Below are positions 7,682 to 17,092 of a stretch of 64,000 nucleotides of DNA, in pieces. The translations under genes were made by a program, and so were the position numbers. Position 1 is the stretch's first letter. Each line of letters begins with the position of its first letter. The stretch is from Betaproteobacteria bacterium. GTDB taxonomy: Bacteria; Pseudomonadota; Gammaproteobacteria; Burkholderiales; Usitatibacteraceae. Under the pieces are notes generated by a model. That model did not search any database, was not told where the DNA came from, and worked only from the letters and a program-made list of their open reading frames with translations. Location: the NCBI GenBank assembly GCA_019449455.1, contig JAGRPO010000088.1:459-64458 (forward strand). Reading direction: 5' to 3'.

Positions 7682-8257
7682 ATGAAATCGGCACTGGTTG
7701 TCTACGGCACGACGGAAGGCCAGACCCGCAAGATCGCGGAGTTCATCGCGAACGCATTGAAGGCGGGCGGCGTGAAAGTAGACCTCGTGGACAGCGCCGA
7801 CGAGCGCGCAGCCCTGGTCCAGCCGACCTACTCGGCCGCCATCGTATGCGGCTCCGTCCACCAGCTCCGCTACCAGGCTTCGCTGCTGCATTTCGTGAAG
7901 GACAACGCGGCGTGGCTCGCCGGGATTCCGGCCGCGTTCGTCGGCGTCAGCCTGACGGCGGCGCTGGAGGACGATGAGAGTCGGAGGGAACTGGAGGGGC
8001 TCGCGGAAGCGTTCTTCCGTGAAACCGGCTGGACGCCGGCGATCACTCGCCACGTGGCCGGTGCGCTGCGGTACACGCAATACGACTACTTCAAGCGGTT
8101 GGTCATGAAGCTGATCGCGAGGCACCAGGGCGGCGACACGGACACGTCGCGCGACCACGAGTACACCGACTGGGATGACCTGACCCGCTTTGTCGACGAG
8201 TTCCTGGCCGCCACTTCCCTGCGGGAGAGCGGTCACGGCGATCTGCGGCGATCCTGA
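7682..8257 (+). CDS. hemG: HemG-type long-chain flavodoxin (menaquinone-dependent protoporphyrinogen oxidase family)
   Basis: Internal ATG at 7682. MKSALVVYGTTEGQTRKIAEFIA...GALRYTQYDYFKRLVMKLIARHQGGDTDT...YTDWDDL aligns by eye with E. coli HemG, including the HemG-specific loop. Confidence 0.7.
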   Translation: MKSALVVYGTTEGQTRKIAEFIANALKAGGVKVDLVDSADERAALVQPTYSAAIVCGSVHQLRYQASLLHFVKDNAAWLAGIPAAFVGVSLTAALEDDESRRELEGLAEAFFRETGWTPAITRHVAGALRYTQYDYFKRLVMKLIARHQGGDTDTSRDHEYTDWDDLTRFVDEFLAATSLRESGHGDLRRS

Positions 8258-8294
8258 GTTGGAGCGTTCCGGTGGACGGTCGCAGGAGGAAGGC

Positions 8295-9983
8295 ATGACA
8301 GACAGGATCTGGCTCAAGAGCTACCCCGCCGGCGTGCCAGCCGAGATCGACGCCGACCAGTTCGACTCGATCGCGGACCTGCTGGACGGCCTGTTCGGCA
8401 AGTTCGCCGACAAGCCCGCCGTTCACAACCTCGGCCGCACGCTGAGCTACGCCGAACTGGAGCGCCTTTCGCGAGATTTCGCGGCCTTCCTGCAGGCCCT
8501 GCCGGGCATGGGCAAGGGCGACCGGGTCGCCATCATGTCGCCCAACCTGCTGCAGTACCCGGTGGCGCTGTTCGGCGTCCTGCGCGCCGGCATGACGGTG
8601 GTGAACGTCAATCCCCTGTACACGCCGCGCGAGCTGGAGCACCAGCTGAAGGACTCGGGCGCCAAGGCCATCGTCGTCATCGAGAATTTCGCCAGCGTCC
8701 TGCAGCAGGTGCTCGGGAAGACGCCGGTCGAGCACGTGATCACCACCCGGGTCGGGGACCTGTTGCCGGTCCCGAAGCGCTGGCTCGTCAATTTCGTGAT
8801 CAAGCGGGTGAAGAAGATGGTGCCCGCGTGGCGCATCGACGGCGCCATCGGCTTCCGGGAGGCGCTCGCGCGCGGCGCGGCGACCTCGCTCAGGCCCGTC
8901 GAGATGACTCGCGAGGACATCGCATTCCTGCAGTACACCGGCGGCACCACCGGCGTCTCGAAGGGCGCGATGCTGACCCACCGCAACTTCCTCGCCAATG
9001 TGGAACAGACGAGCACCTGGATCTCGGCCAGCTTCAGGGAAGGGGCCGAGATCGTCATCGCGCCGCTGCCCATGTACCACATCTTCTGCCTCACTTCGAC
9101 GCTGGCGTTCATGAAGTGGGGCAGCCTCATCGTGCTCATCACCAATCCGCGCGACCTGCCGGGACTGGTCGCGGAGCTTCGGCGCTGGAAGTTCAGCGGC
9201 ATGACGGCGGTCAACACCCTGTTCAACGGCCTGTTGAACACGCCCGGCTTCGACGGGCTCGACTTTTCCGCGCTGAAGGTGGCGGTCGGCGGCGGCGCGG
9301 CCGTGCAGAAGTCGGTCGCCGAGCGCTGGCGGCAGGTGACCGGACGCTACATCACCGAAGCCTACGGCCTGACGGAGGCTTCGCCGGGCGTCTGCGCCAA
9401 TCCGATGGAATCGCCCTGGAACGGCACCATCGGCCTGCCTTTCTCCTCCACCGACGTGTCGATCCGCGACGACGGCTTCGGGGAGCTGCCGGCATGGACG
9501 GGCGCGGGCGACATCGAGAAGCACACCGGCGAGATCTGCGTGCGCGGCCCGCAGGTGATGAAGGGCTACTGGATGAGCCCGGGCGAAACCGCCAAGGTGC
9601 TGCAGGACGGCTGGCTGAAGACGGGCGACGTCGGCTACATGAACGCCGAGGGGTACATCACCCTGACCGACCGCAAGAAGGAGATGATCCTGGTGTCGGG
9701 CTTCAAGGTCTTCCCGAACGAGATCGAGGCCGTGGTGGCCATGCACCCGGGCGTGCTCGAATGCGGGGTGGTGGGCGTGCCCGACGAGAAGTCGGGCGAA
9801 GCCGTGAAGGTGGTGATCGTGAGGAAGGACGCGGGCCTCACCGCGGAAGCCGTGATCGAGCACTGCAAGACGCTGCTGACCGGCTACAAGGTCCCGCGCC
9901 ACGTGGAGTTCCGCGACAACCTGCCGAAGTCCCCGATCGGAAAGGTCCTGCGGCGGGAACTGCGCGCCGCGCGGAAAGCGTAG
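8295..9983 (+). CDS. fadD: Long-chain-fatty-acid--CoA ligase
   Basis: ATG at 8295 follows GGAGGAAGG. MTDRIWLKSYPAGVP...LQYTGGTTGVSKGAMLTHRN...GYKVPRHVEFRDNLPKSPIGKVLRREL carries the AMP-binding and FadD motifs. Confidence 0.92.
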   Translation: MTDRIWLKSYPAGVPAEIDADQFDSIADLLDGLFGKFADKPAVHNLGRTLSYAELERLSRDFAAFLQALPGMGKGDRVAIMSPNLLQYPVALFGVLRAGMTVVNVNPLYTPRELEHQLKDSGAKAIVVIENFASVLQQVLGKTPVEHVITTRVGDLLPVPKRWLVNFVIKRVKKMVPAWRIDGAIGFREALARGAATSLRPVEMTREDIAFLQYTGGTTGVSKGAMLTHRNFLANVEQTSTWISASFREGAEIVIAPLPMYHIFCLTSTLAFMKWGSLIVLITNPRDLPGLVAELRRWKFSGMTAVNTLFNGLLNTPGFDGLDFSALKVAVGGGAAVQKSVAERWRQVTGRYITEAYGLTEASPGVCANPMESPWNGTIGLPFSSTDVSIRDDGFGELPAWTGAGDIEKHTGEICVRGPQVMKGYWMSPGETAKVLQDGWLKTGDVGYMNAEGYITLTDRKKEMILVSGFKVFPNEIEAVVAMHPGVLECGVVGVPDEKSGEAVKVVIVRKDAGLTAEAVIEHCKTLLTGYKVPRHVEFRDNLPKSPIGKVLRRELRAARKA

Positions 9984-10080
9984 CGCAATTGCGTTCGGTG
10001 CCGTACATACGCCATTCGCGGTTTCACGCATATTCGAGTCACGGTCGGCAATTCCCGCTGAATGACTGGGGGCGCACAAA

Positions 10081-10782
10081 GTGACAGTTCGGACTCGCGC
10101 TGCGAATCGGGTGCTGGCGAGCATCCCTGCAAGGGAATACAAGCGGCTCCAGGCCCAGCTCGAACCGGTCGCGTTGGAGTTCGGTCAGGTGCTCTACGAG
10201 CCGGGGAAGTCGATCCGGCACGTCTACTTCCCCCTCGACTGCCTGGTTTCGCTGCTCACCGCCGTCGACAAGCGCCGGACCCTCGAGGTCGGAATGGTGG
10301 GCAACGAGGGCATGGCGGGAATGCCGTTCATCCTCGGCATCGGCGTCTCCGGGGTTCGCGCCATCGTGCAGGGGGGTGGCAATGCGCTGCGCATGGCCTC
10401 GGCGCCCTTCCGCATCGAGTTCGACCGCAACAGGCCGCTGCGGGACGCGCTGTTCCGGTACACCTACGCGTTGATGGCGCAGATTTCGCAGACGGCCGCC
10501 TGCAACCGCTTTCACGAAACGGAAGCACGGCTGGCACGATGGCTGTTGATGACGCGCGACCGGGTCGAGTCGGACGAATTCCACCTGACCCACGAGTTCC
10601 TGGCGCATATGCTCGGATTGCGGCGCGAGGGCGTCACGGAGGCCGCCAGCGTCCTCAGGCGACGCAAACTGATCAGCTATAGCCGGGGCAAGGTCCGGAT
10701 CCTGGATGCAGGAGGGCTCAAGGCGTCGTCTTGCTCGTGCTACCAGATCGTGAAGAAGGTGTTCGACCGGGCGCAAGGCTGA
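10081..10782 (+). CDS. Crp/Fnr family transcriptional regulator
   Basis: ORF 10081..10782 with a GTG start. It has a cNMP-binding-like barrel plus the C-terminal HTH HEFLAHMLGLRREGVTEAASVLRRRKLI. There is no N-terminal Cys cluster. Confidence 0.85.
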   Translation: MTVRTRAANRVLASIPAREYKRLQAQLEPVALEFGQVLYEPGKSIRHVYFPLDCLVSLLTAVDKRRTLEVGMVGNEGMAGMPFILGIGVSGVRAIVQGGGNALRMASAPFRIEFDRNRPLRDALFRYTYALMAQISQTAACNRFHETEARLARWLLMTRDRVESDEFHLTHEFLAHMLGLRREGVTEAASVLRRRKLISYSRGKVRILDAGGLKASSCSCYQIVKKVFDRAQG

Positions 10783-10835
10783 TCCCGGCGCCGGCCCGCG
10801 ACTCGCGACTGGCGCCCGGGAACGAGGGAATCGGG

Positions 10836-11906
10836 CTACTTCGGGCGTGGACGCGACAGGCTCGGCTGCACCGCCTGCAGCCGGCCGGCGCGCAACTCGA
10901 CCACGGCCTTCGCCACCGCGCGCGCGACATTGCGCGCCTCCTCCTGGACGGACGTGTCCCGGTCCAGCGCTTCGTGACTCGTCGCGTATGGCTCGTAGTA
11001 CCCGATGTAGCGGTCCAGCCGCGATTGCGCGCCGGCGTCGATGAAGCCCATCCAGTCGAGCCAGTCCGACAGGGCGCGGCGCGACTCCTCGACGCCGGTC
11101 ACGTCGCCATGGACGATCAACCCGTAGGCGCGCCCGGCAAGGTGCTTCGGGTAATCCCATCCGGCCATCTCCAGGGCCTTGGCCTTGCCCGCCTTCTTGC
11201 CCGAGGTCGAGGTGGGGTCGGGATTGCCTCCGTCGGCGCACACCAGGCGGTCGATCATCAGCTTCAGGGGGCTTGGGCTCTGGTACCAGTAGACGGGGGA
11301 AACGATGATCACCGCGTGGGCGGCGGTCCAGCGCTCGTAGATCTCGGCCATCCAGTCGTTGGTCTGGTTGAGCGCGTGGTTGGGGTAGCAACTGCACGGC
11401 CAGTGGCACAACGGCATCGCCGTCGAAAGGCAGCCTTTGCACGGATGGATCTTCCGCCCGTATTCGGACGTGAGCAGGCTCAGGTCCAGCAGGTCGGGCT
11501 CGATCCCGGCCTGCTCCAGCTCTTCGCGGCAGAGCCCCAGCAGGCGGAACGTCTTGGATATCTCGCCCGGGCAGGTGCCGTCGTTTCGCGCCGAGCCGCA
11601 GATCAGCAGGACACGGGACGGGCTCGCCGGCTCGGCCCAGCGCCGCTGCGCTTCGGCGATGCGCTCCTTCGTGCCGATCCAGTCGGTGGACAGGTCGTAG
11701 TCCGGATCCGCATAGCCCGGGCCCGCCTTTTGCGTGAAGGGCGCCTTGCGGCCCTCCGTGTAGGCCTGCCAGGCGATCTCCTCCAGGCGCGCGAGGGAAG
11801 GGTCCTCGGCGCGAAACGCGGGATCGTGGAAGGACGCAAGAAAGCGGGCGCTGAACTGGGCGCGGTCGAGCGGGGCCGGAGCCTGGCCCTTGCGAATCTT
11901 GATCAT
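10836..11906 (-). CDS. Flavodoxin-like NAD(P)H-dependent FMN reductase family protein with a Cys-rich insert
   Basis: This is the 3' 356 codons of ORF 10836..13466. ATG at 11906 follows GGGAGG. Motifs: VLLICGSARNDGTCPGE and HPCKGCLSTAMPLCHWPCSC (a possible Fe-S or metal site). Confidence 0.75.
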   Translation of the reverse strand: MIKIRKGQAPAPLDRAQFSARFLASFHDPAFRAEDPSLARLEEIAWQAYTEGRKAPFTQKAGPGYADPDYDLSTDWIGTKERIAEAQRRWAEPASPSRVLLICGSARNDGTCPGEISKTFRLLGLCREELEQAGIEPDLLDLSLLTSEYGRKIHPCKGCLSTAMPLCHWPCSCYPNHALNQTNDWMAEIYERWTAAHAVIIVSPVYWYQSPSPLKLMIDRLVCADGGNPDPTSTSGKKAGKAKALEMAGWDYPKHLAGRAYGLIVHGDVTGVEESRRALSDWLDWMGFIDAGAQSRLDRYIGYYEPYATSHEALDRDTSVQEEARNVARAVAKAVVELRAGRLQAVQPSLSRPRPK

Positions 11907-12081
11907 GGTCGCCTCCCGGAATGCCGGGCCGCGCTGCCTGCGCGCCCGAAAGTGTCGTCCAAGCCGCCGGAGGCCGGCATCGCCACCGGAAGGCGATATT
12001 CCATCAGCCGCGAGTCGCCGTCCGTGCGAAACCGAACAGAACGGCTGCATTTCCCGGGGTGCCAGCCGTTCTTGGCCGGGA

Positions 12082-12122
12082 TTGACGCAGGTCACGCGAG
12101 CCCGGGCGATGCGCTCTAGATT
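12082..12122 (+). promoter_or_regulatory. Candidate class II Crp/Fnr-dependent promoter of sqr
   Basis: TTGACGCAGGTCAC (12082-12095; TTGAC-N4-GTCAc). A -10-like TAGATT (12117-12122) starts 28.5 nt from the box centre. Confidence 0.4.
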
Positions 12123-12167
12123 GAAGGACAATACCCTGGAGCGCATCGCGCGCGAGGAGCACTCGTC

Positions 12168-13439
12168 ATGGCACACGTCGTCATCATCGGCGCAGGCCTG
12201 GGCGGCATGCCCATGGCCTACGAAATGCAGGAGCAGCTGCGGCCCGGCGACAGGCTGACCGTCGTCGGCAACGGCCCCAATTTCCATTTCGTCCCATCCA
12301 ACCCCTGGGTCGCGGTGCGCTGGCGCAAGCGCAGCGAGATCGAGTTCCCGGCCGCGGAGTACCTCGGCAAGAAGGGCATCGCCTTCAATCCCGCGGGCGC
12401 GAAGCGGGTCCACCCCGAGAAGAACCAGGTCGAGCTGGGCGACGGCGCCATGCTCGACTACGACTACCTCGTCATTGCCACCGGGCCGAAGCTCGCCTTC
12501 GACGAGATCGAGGGCCTCGGTCCCGAAGGCCACACCCAGTCCGTCTGCCACGTCGACCACGCGGAACGGGCGGCGCTCGCGTGGGACGCGTTCGTGAACG
12601 AGCCGGGTCCCATCGTCGTGGGCGCGGTGCAGGGCGCCTCGTGCTTCGGCCCGGCCTACGAGTTCGCGTTCATCATGGAAACGGACCTGCGCCGGCGCAA
12701 GCTGCGCGACCGCGTGCCGATGACCTTCGTCACGTCGGAGCCCTACATCGGGCACCTGGGCCTGGGGGGCGTGGGCGACTCGAAGACGATGCTGGAGTCG
12801 GCGCTGCGCGACAAGCACATCAAGTGGATCTGCAACGCCAAGGTGACGAAGGTCGAGGCCGGCACGATGCACGTGACGGAGCACGACGAGGAGGGCAAGC
12901 CCAGGAAGGAGCACAAGCTGCCTTTCCGCTACTCGATGATGCTCCCGGCCTTCAAGGGCATCGACGCGGTGTTCGGGATCGAGGGCCTCACCAACCCGCG
13001 CGGGTTCATCCTGATCGACGCGAACCAGAGGAACCCGAGGTTCCGGAACATCTTCGCGGTGGGCGTGTGCGTGGCCATTCCGCCGGTCGAACCGACTCCA
13101 GTGCCGACCGGGGCTCCCAAGACGGGATTCATGATCGAGTCGATGGTGACCGCCGCCGCGCACAACATCCGCGCCGAGTTGGACGGCAAGGCCGGCGAGG
13201 AGAAGGCCACCTGGAACGCGGTGTGCCTCGCGGACATGGGCGACACGGGCATCGCGTTCGTCGCGCTGCCGCAGATCCCGCCGCGCAACGTGAACTGGTT
13301 CTCGGAAGGCAAGTGGGTCCACCTCGCCAAGATCGCCTTCGAGAAGTACTTCATCCGCAAGATGAAGCGGGGGACCTCGGAGCCGTTCTACGAGAAGCAG
13401 GTGATGAACATGCTGGGCATCACCAAGCTCAAGCGCTAG
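12168..13439 (+). CDS. sqr: Sulfide:quinone oxidoreductase
   Basis: ORF 12168..13439. MAHVVIIGAGLGGMP...FVPSNPWV...YDYLVIATGPKLAF...SVCHVDHAERA...CFGPAYEFA...PVPTGAPKTGFMIESM...WVHLAKIAFEKYFIRKMK is collinear with Acidithiobacillus ferrooxidans SQR as I remember it. Confidence 0.92.
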   Translation: MAHVVIIGAGLGGMPMAYEMQEQLRPGDRLTVVGNGPNFHFVPSNPWVAVRWRKRSEIEFPAAEYLGKKGIAFNPAGAKRVHPEKNQVELGDGAMLDYDYLVIATGPKLAFDEIEGLGPEGHTQSVCHVDHAERAALAWDAFVNEPGPIVVGAVQGASCFGPAYEFAFIMETDLRRRKLRDRVPMTFVTSEPYIGHLGLGGVGDSKTMLESALRDKHIKWICNAKVTKVEAGTMHVTEHDEEGKPRKEHKLPFRYSMMLPAFKGIDAVFGIEGLTNPRGFILIDANQRNPRFRNIFAVGVCVAIPPVEPTPVPTGAPKTGFMIESMVTAAAHNIRAELDGKAGEEKATWNAVCLADMGDTGIAFVALPQIPPRNVNWFSEGKWVHLAKIAFEKYFIRKMKRGTSEPFYEKQVMNMLGITKLKR

Positions 13440-13444
13440 GGCGC

Positions 13445-14356
13445 GTGCCGGTGAGCCGAAGGCCACGGATCGGCCTCGCGCTGGGCAGCGGCTCGGCGCG
13501 CGGCTGGTCGCAGATCGGCGTGATCCGCGTGCTCGAGCGGGCGGGCATCTCCCCGGAGATCGTCTGCGGCACCTCGATCGGCGCCCTTGTCGGCGCCGCT
13601 TATGCGGCCGGCGAGATCGAGCGGCTCCACGACTGGGTCAAGGGCCTGAGGTGGCAGGCCGTCGTCGGCATGGTCGACCTGAAGATGAACGGCGGCCTCA
13701 TCGAGGGCGGCAAGCTGGTCGAATTCTTCCGCGCGCATTTTCGCGACGAGGGCATCGCGCGGCTGCCGAAGGCCTTCGGTTGCGTGGCGACGGAGCTGGC
13801 GAGCGGGCGCGAGATCTGGCTGCGCGACGGCGCAGTGATCGACGCGGTGCGCGCCTCGATCGCGCTGCCCGGCCTCTTCACGCCGGTCGAGCGGGATGGG
13901 CGCCTGCTGGTCGACGGCGGGCTGGTGAACCCCGTTCCGGTGTCGCTGTGCCGCGCCATGGGCGCGGACATCGTCATCGCGGTCGACCTGAACTGGGATC
14001 TCATCGGCAGGCGCCACCGGGGGGCGGAGGAATCGAAGGCTCCGGGTCCCGGGGAAGCAGGCGGCATGTTCGCCTCCATGCTCGCGAAGCTGCGGGCGGC
14101 GCGGCGCCCCGGCGAAGTGCCGGCGGAGCCGTCGGACGCGCCATCGCTTCTGGAGGTGCTCTCCACCAGCCTCAACATCATGCAGGTGCGCATCACGCAA
14201 AGCCGGCTCGCCGGGGAGCCGGCGGACGCCATGATCCGCCCGAGGCTCGCCGGCATCGCCGCGATGGACTATCACCGCGCCGAGGCGGCGATCGCGGAGG
14301 GGGAGCGCGCCGCCGAGCGGTCGTTGCCGCTGATCATGGAGCTGTTCGAAAGCTGA
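13445..14356 (+). CDS. Patatin-like phospholipase (RssA-like)
   Basis: GTG at 13445 (or 13451) within ORF 12581..14356. GLALGSGSARG (oxyanion), GTSIGA (GxSxG) and DGGLVNPVP (catalytic Asp). Confidence 0.85.
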   Translation: MPVSRRPRIGLALGSGSARGWSQIGVIRVLERAGISPEIVCGTSIGALVGAAYAAGEIERLHDWVKGLRWQAVVGMVDLKMNGGLIEGGKLVEFFRAHFRDEGIARLPKAFGCVATELASGREIWLRDGAVIDAVRASIALPGLFTPVERDGRLLVDGGLVNPVPVSLCRAMGADIVIAVDLNWDLIGRRHRGAEESKAPGPGEAGGMFASMLAKLRAARRPGEVPAEPSDAPSLLEVLSTSLNIMQVRITQSRLAGEPADAMIRPRLAGIAAMDYHRAEAAIAEGERAAERSLPLIMELFES

Positions 14357-14400
14357 CGACGCGGAACCGGCCCCTCGCTGGCGGTTCCACCTCGTGGCGT

Positions 14401-15069
14401 CTATCCGGAGCGGCCGAGGCCGTCGGCGATCGCGGCGCCCGCTTGGAGGGCCAGGCGAAAGCGCCGGTCGAAGTCGCCGCCGTCGAACTTCCCGGGCGCC
14501 TCGAAGATCACGCGGCCCTGGTGCACGCGCAGGCTGAAGGGGCTGCGCACCACCCTGGCGATCTCGCCGGCCTCGCAGACGAGCCTTCGCACGGAGGCGG
14601 TCATGATGCGGAGCGCCCGCGGCTCGTCGTTGGTGGATACGAGGAAGTTCTCGTCGAAGGCGGGGTCGCCGAGGTCCACGAACGAACCGGCGGTGGCGAG
14701 CGCCCTTCGATCGCGGATTTCCATCTCGAACGACGGGTCGGCGATCTCGATGGCATAGCGTGTCCACGGGAAGGTGGTCTTGGTGCCGGTCCGGAACGTG
14801 CTCACCCGTGCCGGCCGTCCCGAGACGACCAGCTCGCCGACCGGCTCTCCCTCCCTGCCCGAAGTGCCGCCCGATGCGTGGACGAAGGCATCGAATCGCG
14901 CCCTCGCGCGCCGGTCCCCGCGGACCGAGAGCAGGAGGCCCGCGAGGAACAGGGAGGCGATCAGCGCGCCCGCCGCGAGGAGGGCGTACGCGGGATGGCG
15001 GCCGAGCCACTCGGCCGCGGCGCATGCGGTGGGATGGTCGGAGCAGGAGAAGAGGGCTTCGCGAGCCAT
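14401..15069 (-). CDS. Hypothetical membrane-anchored protein
   Basis: ORF 14401..15069. It has one N-terminal TM (AYALLAAGALIASLFLAGLLL). I recognise no motif. Confidence 0.5.
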   Translation of the reverse strand: MAREALFSCSDHPTACAAAEWLGRHPAYALLAAGALIASLFLAGLLLSVRGDRRARARFDAFVHASGGTSGREGEPVGELVVSGRPARVSTFRTGTKTTFPWTRYAIEIADPSFEMEIRDRRALATAGSFVDLGDPAFDENFLVSTNDEPRALRIMTASVRRLVCEAGEIARVVRSPFSLRVHQGRVIFEAPGKFDGGDFDRRFRLALQAGAAIADGLGRSG

Positions 15070-15290
15070 GTCGGGTCGTCGCGGCGTCTGGCATCGAAGG
15101 CAACGACACGCTGTTTACGTGGCGCCGCGTCCTCTGTCAATCGCGCGCCCCGCAATCCGAAATCGTCGCGCGGCGATCGGCGATTTCGGCTCGCGCCCCG
15201 GCGGCGCATCGGGTCTCATGGCCTCGCAGGATGACCGAAGGCCGCCCGCCGGCAGCCTTCCCTTCAATGACCCGAGATCGAGAGGTGACC

Positions 15291-15518
15291 GTGAGAACCA
15301 AACTTCGTTTCGCCGCGGCCTGTGCCGTCGCATCCGCCCTGTTCGCCGTCCCCGCCTTCGCCGCCGAAGGCACGCCCAAGCCGCCGGCGCCCGAGCGCAA
15401 GGCGAGCGCGCCCGAATCGCAGCAGGATCGCATGCGCCGCTGCAACGCGACGGCAAAGGAGAAGTCGTTGAAGGGCGACGACCGCCGCGCGTTCATGTCG
15501 GCCTGCCTCAAGGGCTAG
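15291..15518 (+). CDS. PsiF-repeat family secreted protein
   Basis: GTG at 15291 follows GAGAGG (alternative ATG at 15267). It has a signal peptide, then QQDRMRRCNATAKEKSLKGDDRRAFMSACLKG, which matches the E. coli PsiF repeat. Confidence 0.7.
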   Translation: MRTKLRFAAACAVASALFAVPAFAAEGTPKPPAPERKASAPESQQDRMRRCNATAKEKSLKGDDRRAFMSACLKG

Positions 15519-15560
15519 GCGGAATCGGGGACGTGTCCGCCGACGCGTCCCCGGTCGATG

Positions 15561-16916
15561 TCAGGGCTGCCGCGGCGCGGGGCGCGCGGCCTCCTCGCGC
15601 CCGAGCCAGCGCTTCAGCCAGCCGTCCGCGGCCCACACGAGCACGGCGAGGACGATCGCCGCCATGGCCCAGCGCAGGAGTCCCGCCACCGCCGCGGCAT
15701 CGATCGCGGGCAGCGGAAACTTCTTCAGGTCCGTCCACCGGTCCGCCATCCAGTGCCATCCCGTGTGCGCCACGAGGGCGGAGAGGACGATCGTGGCCGC
15801 GCGCTCGGGCACGGCCCGGAACAGCAGGTTCATCGCGGGGACGAGCACGGCGAGCACCGCCACCTGCCCCAGCTCGACGCCGACATTGAAGGCGACCAGC
15901 GAAGTCACGAGGTGCGCCCCGGCGAACTGCAGCGTCTCGCGCAGGGCGAAGGCGAAGCCGAAGCCGTGCACCAGGCCGAACGCGAAGGCGAGGATCCAGC
16001 GCCGGTGCGTGCTGCTGCCCACCACGTTCTCCAGCGCCATGCAGAAGATAGATGCCGCGATGAGCGTCTCGACCAGCGGCGGGAACCACAGCCCGCCGGG
16101 CGCGAGGCCGAAGGCGGCCGCCGCGAGCGTGATCGAGTGCGCGACGGTGAACGCGGTGGCGATGACGACCAGCGGCCGCAGCCTGCGAAACGGGATCACG
16201 AGGCAGGCGATGAAGAGCAGGTGATCCGTTCCGTCGAGGATGTGGAAGAAGCCCTCCTTCACGAAGCGCAGCGCCGCCTGGTGCCAGCGCGGGTCGAGGT
16301 GCACGAGGCCGGGGTCGCCGTGAAGCTCGAAGGCGCGCTCCTCGCCGCCGGGGGGCAGGAACCGCAGCGTCGTGAGGACCCGCAGCCCGAGCCGCGCGAG
16401 CCGGGGGTGGATGGAGAACTGCGCGCGGTCCGAGGCGATCGGGTACTCGAGCAGCACGTCGAGAAACTGGCTCTTCCAGTAGAGGTCCGTATCGGGCGGC
16501 ACCGGCGCGGCCCGCAGGTGCGCGAGCGCCTCCTCCCAGGAGGCGAACGACCGGTCGGAGGCGACGGACACGCGGGCCTCGGCGATGCCGGGATAGGGAA
16601 GGCTTCGCCCGTCCTCGTAGAGCGCGACGTTGTCGGCGAACCACAGCTTCGCCGCCACGCGCAGCGCCACATCCACGCGCGGCAGGTCGAGGTAGCCGGG
16701 CCCTCGCAAGGGCATGTCCACCTCGTTCATCGCGCCCAGCGGCACGCGCACCAGCAGATGCAGCCGCCCGCCGTCGGGCCGGACGAACGCCTGCACCGTC
16801 ACGTCGTTCGGGATGTCGTGCGCGCGCGCCGTCGGCGCAAGCGCGGGGAGGACCAGCGCGGCCAGGAGTGCGAGCACGCGCAGCGCCGCGAAGGCTGGCT
16901 GCGACTGTCCGGTCAT
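15561..16916 (-). CDS. HupE/UreJ family membrane protein with an N-terminal periplasmic domain
   Basis: ORF 15561..16916. It has a signal peptide and a periplasmic domain of about 200 aa, then EGFFHILDGTDHLLF and six TM segments typical of HupE/UreJ. Confidence 0.78.
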   Translation of the reverse strand: MTGQSQPAFAALRVLALLAALVLPALAPTARAHDIPNDVTVQAFVRPDGGRLHLLVRVPLGAMNEVDMPLRGPGYLDLPRVDVALRVAAKLWFADNVALYEDGRSLPYPGIAEARVSVASDRSFASWEEALAHLRAAPVPPDTDLYWKSQFLDVLLEYPIASDRAQFSIHPRLARLGLRVLTTLRFLPPGGEERAFELHGDPGLVHLDPRWHQAALRFVKEGFFHILDGTDHLLFIACLVIPFRRLRPLVVIATAFTVAHSITLAAAAFGLAPGGLWFPPLVETLIAASIFCMALENVVGSSTHRRWILAFAFGLVHGFGFAFALRETLQFAGAHLVTSLVAFNVGVELGQVAVLAVLVPAMNLLFRAVPERAATIVLSALVAHTGWHWMADRWTDLKKFPLPAIDAAAVAGLLRWAMAAIVLAVLVWAADGWLKRWLGREEAARPAPRQP

Positions 16917-16980
16917 CGGTCTTCCACCCGCTCGGTCCCCTTGCGCGCGACCCCGTGACCTTAATGGAACGCGCGGCGCG

Positions 16981-17010
16981 TTGCAAAGCGGAAGAGGCGC
17001 TGCCTAGAAT
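16981..17010 (+). promoter_or_regulatory. Sigma70-type promoter candidate for the NHL-repeat gene
   Basis: TTGCAA (16981-16986), an 18-nt spacer, then TAGAAT (17005-17010). Confidence 0.45.
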
Positions 17011-17092
17011 GGTCCGCACAAGAACCGGCCGGCACCATCGGCACACGCGTCCGCCCCACGGCGCCCGAGCGACTGCACGAGGAGGAAAACCC

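Noticed and set aside
10836-13466. 876-aa minus-strand ORF
   Set aside because: Only the last 356 codons (from the ATG at 11906, with GGGAGG upstream) look like a real flavoprotein. The remainder is antisense to sqr, which has an unambiguous match pattern on the plus strand.
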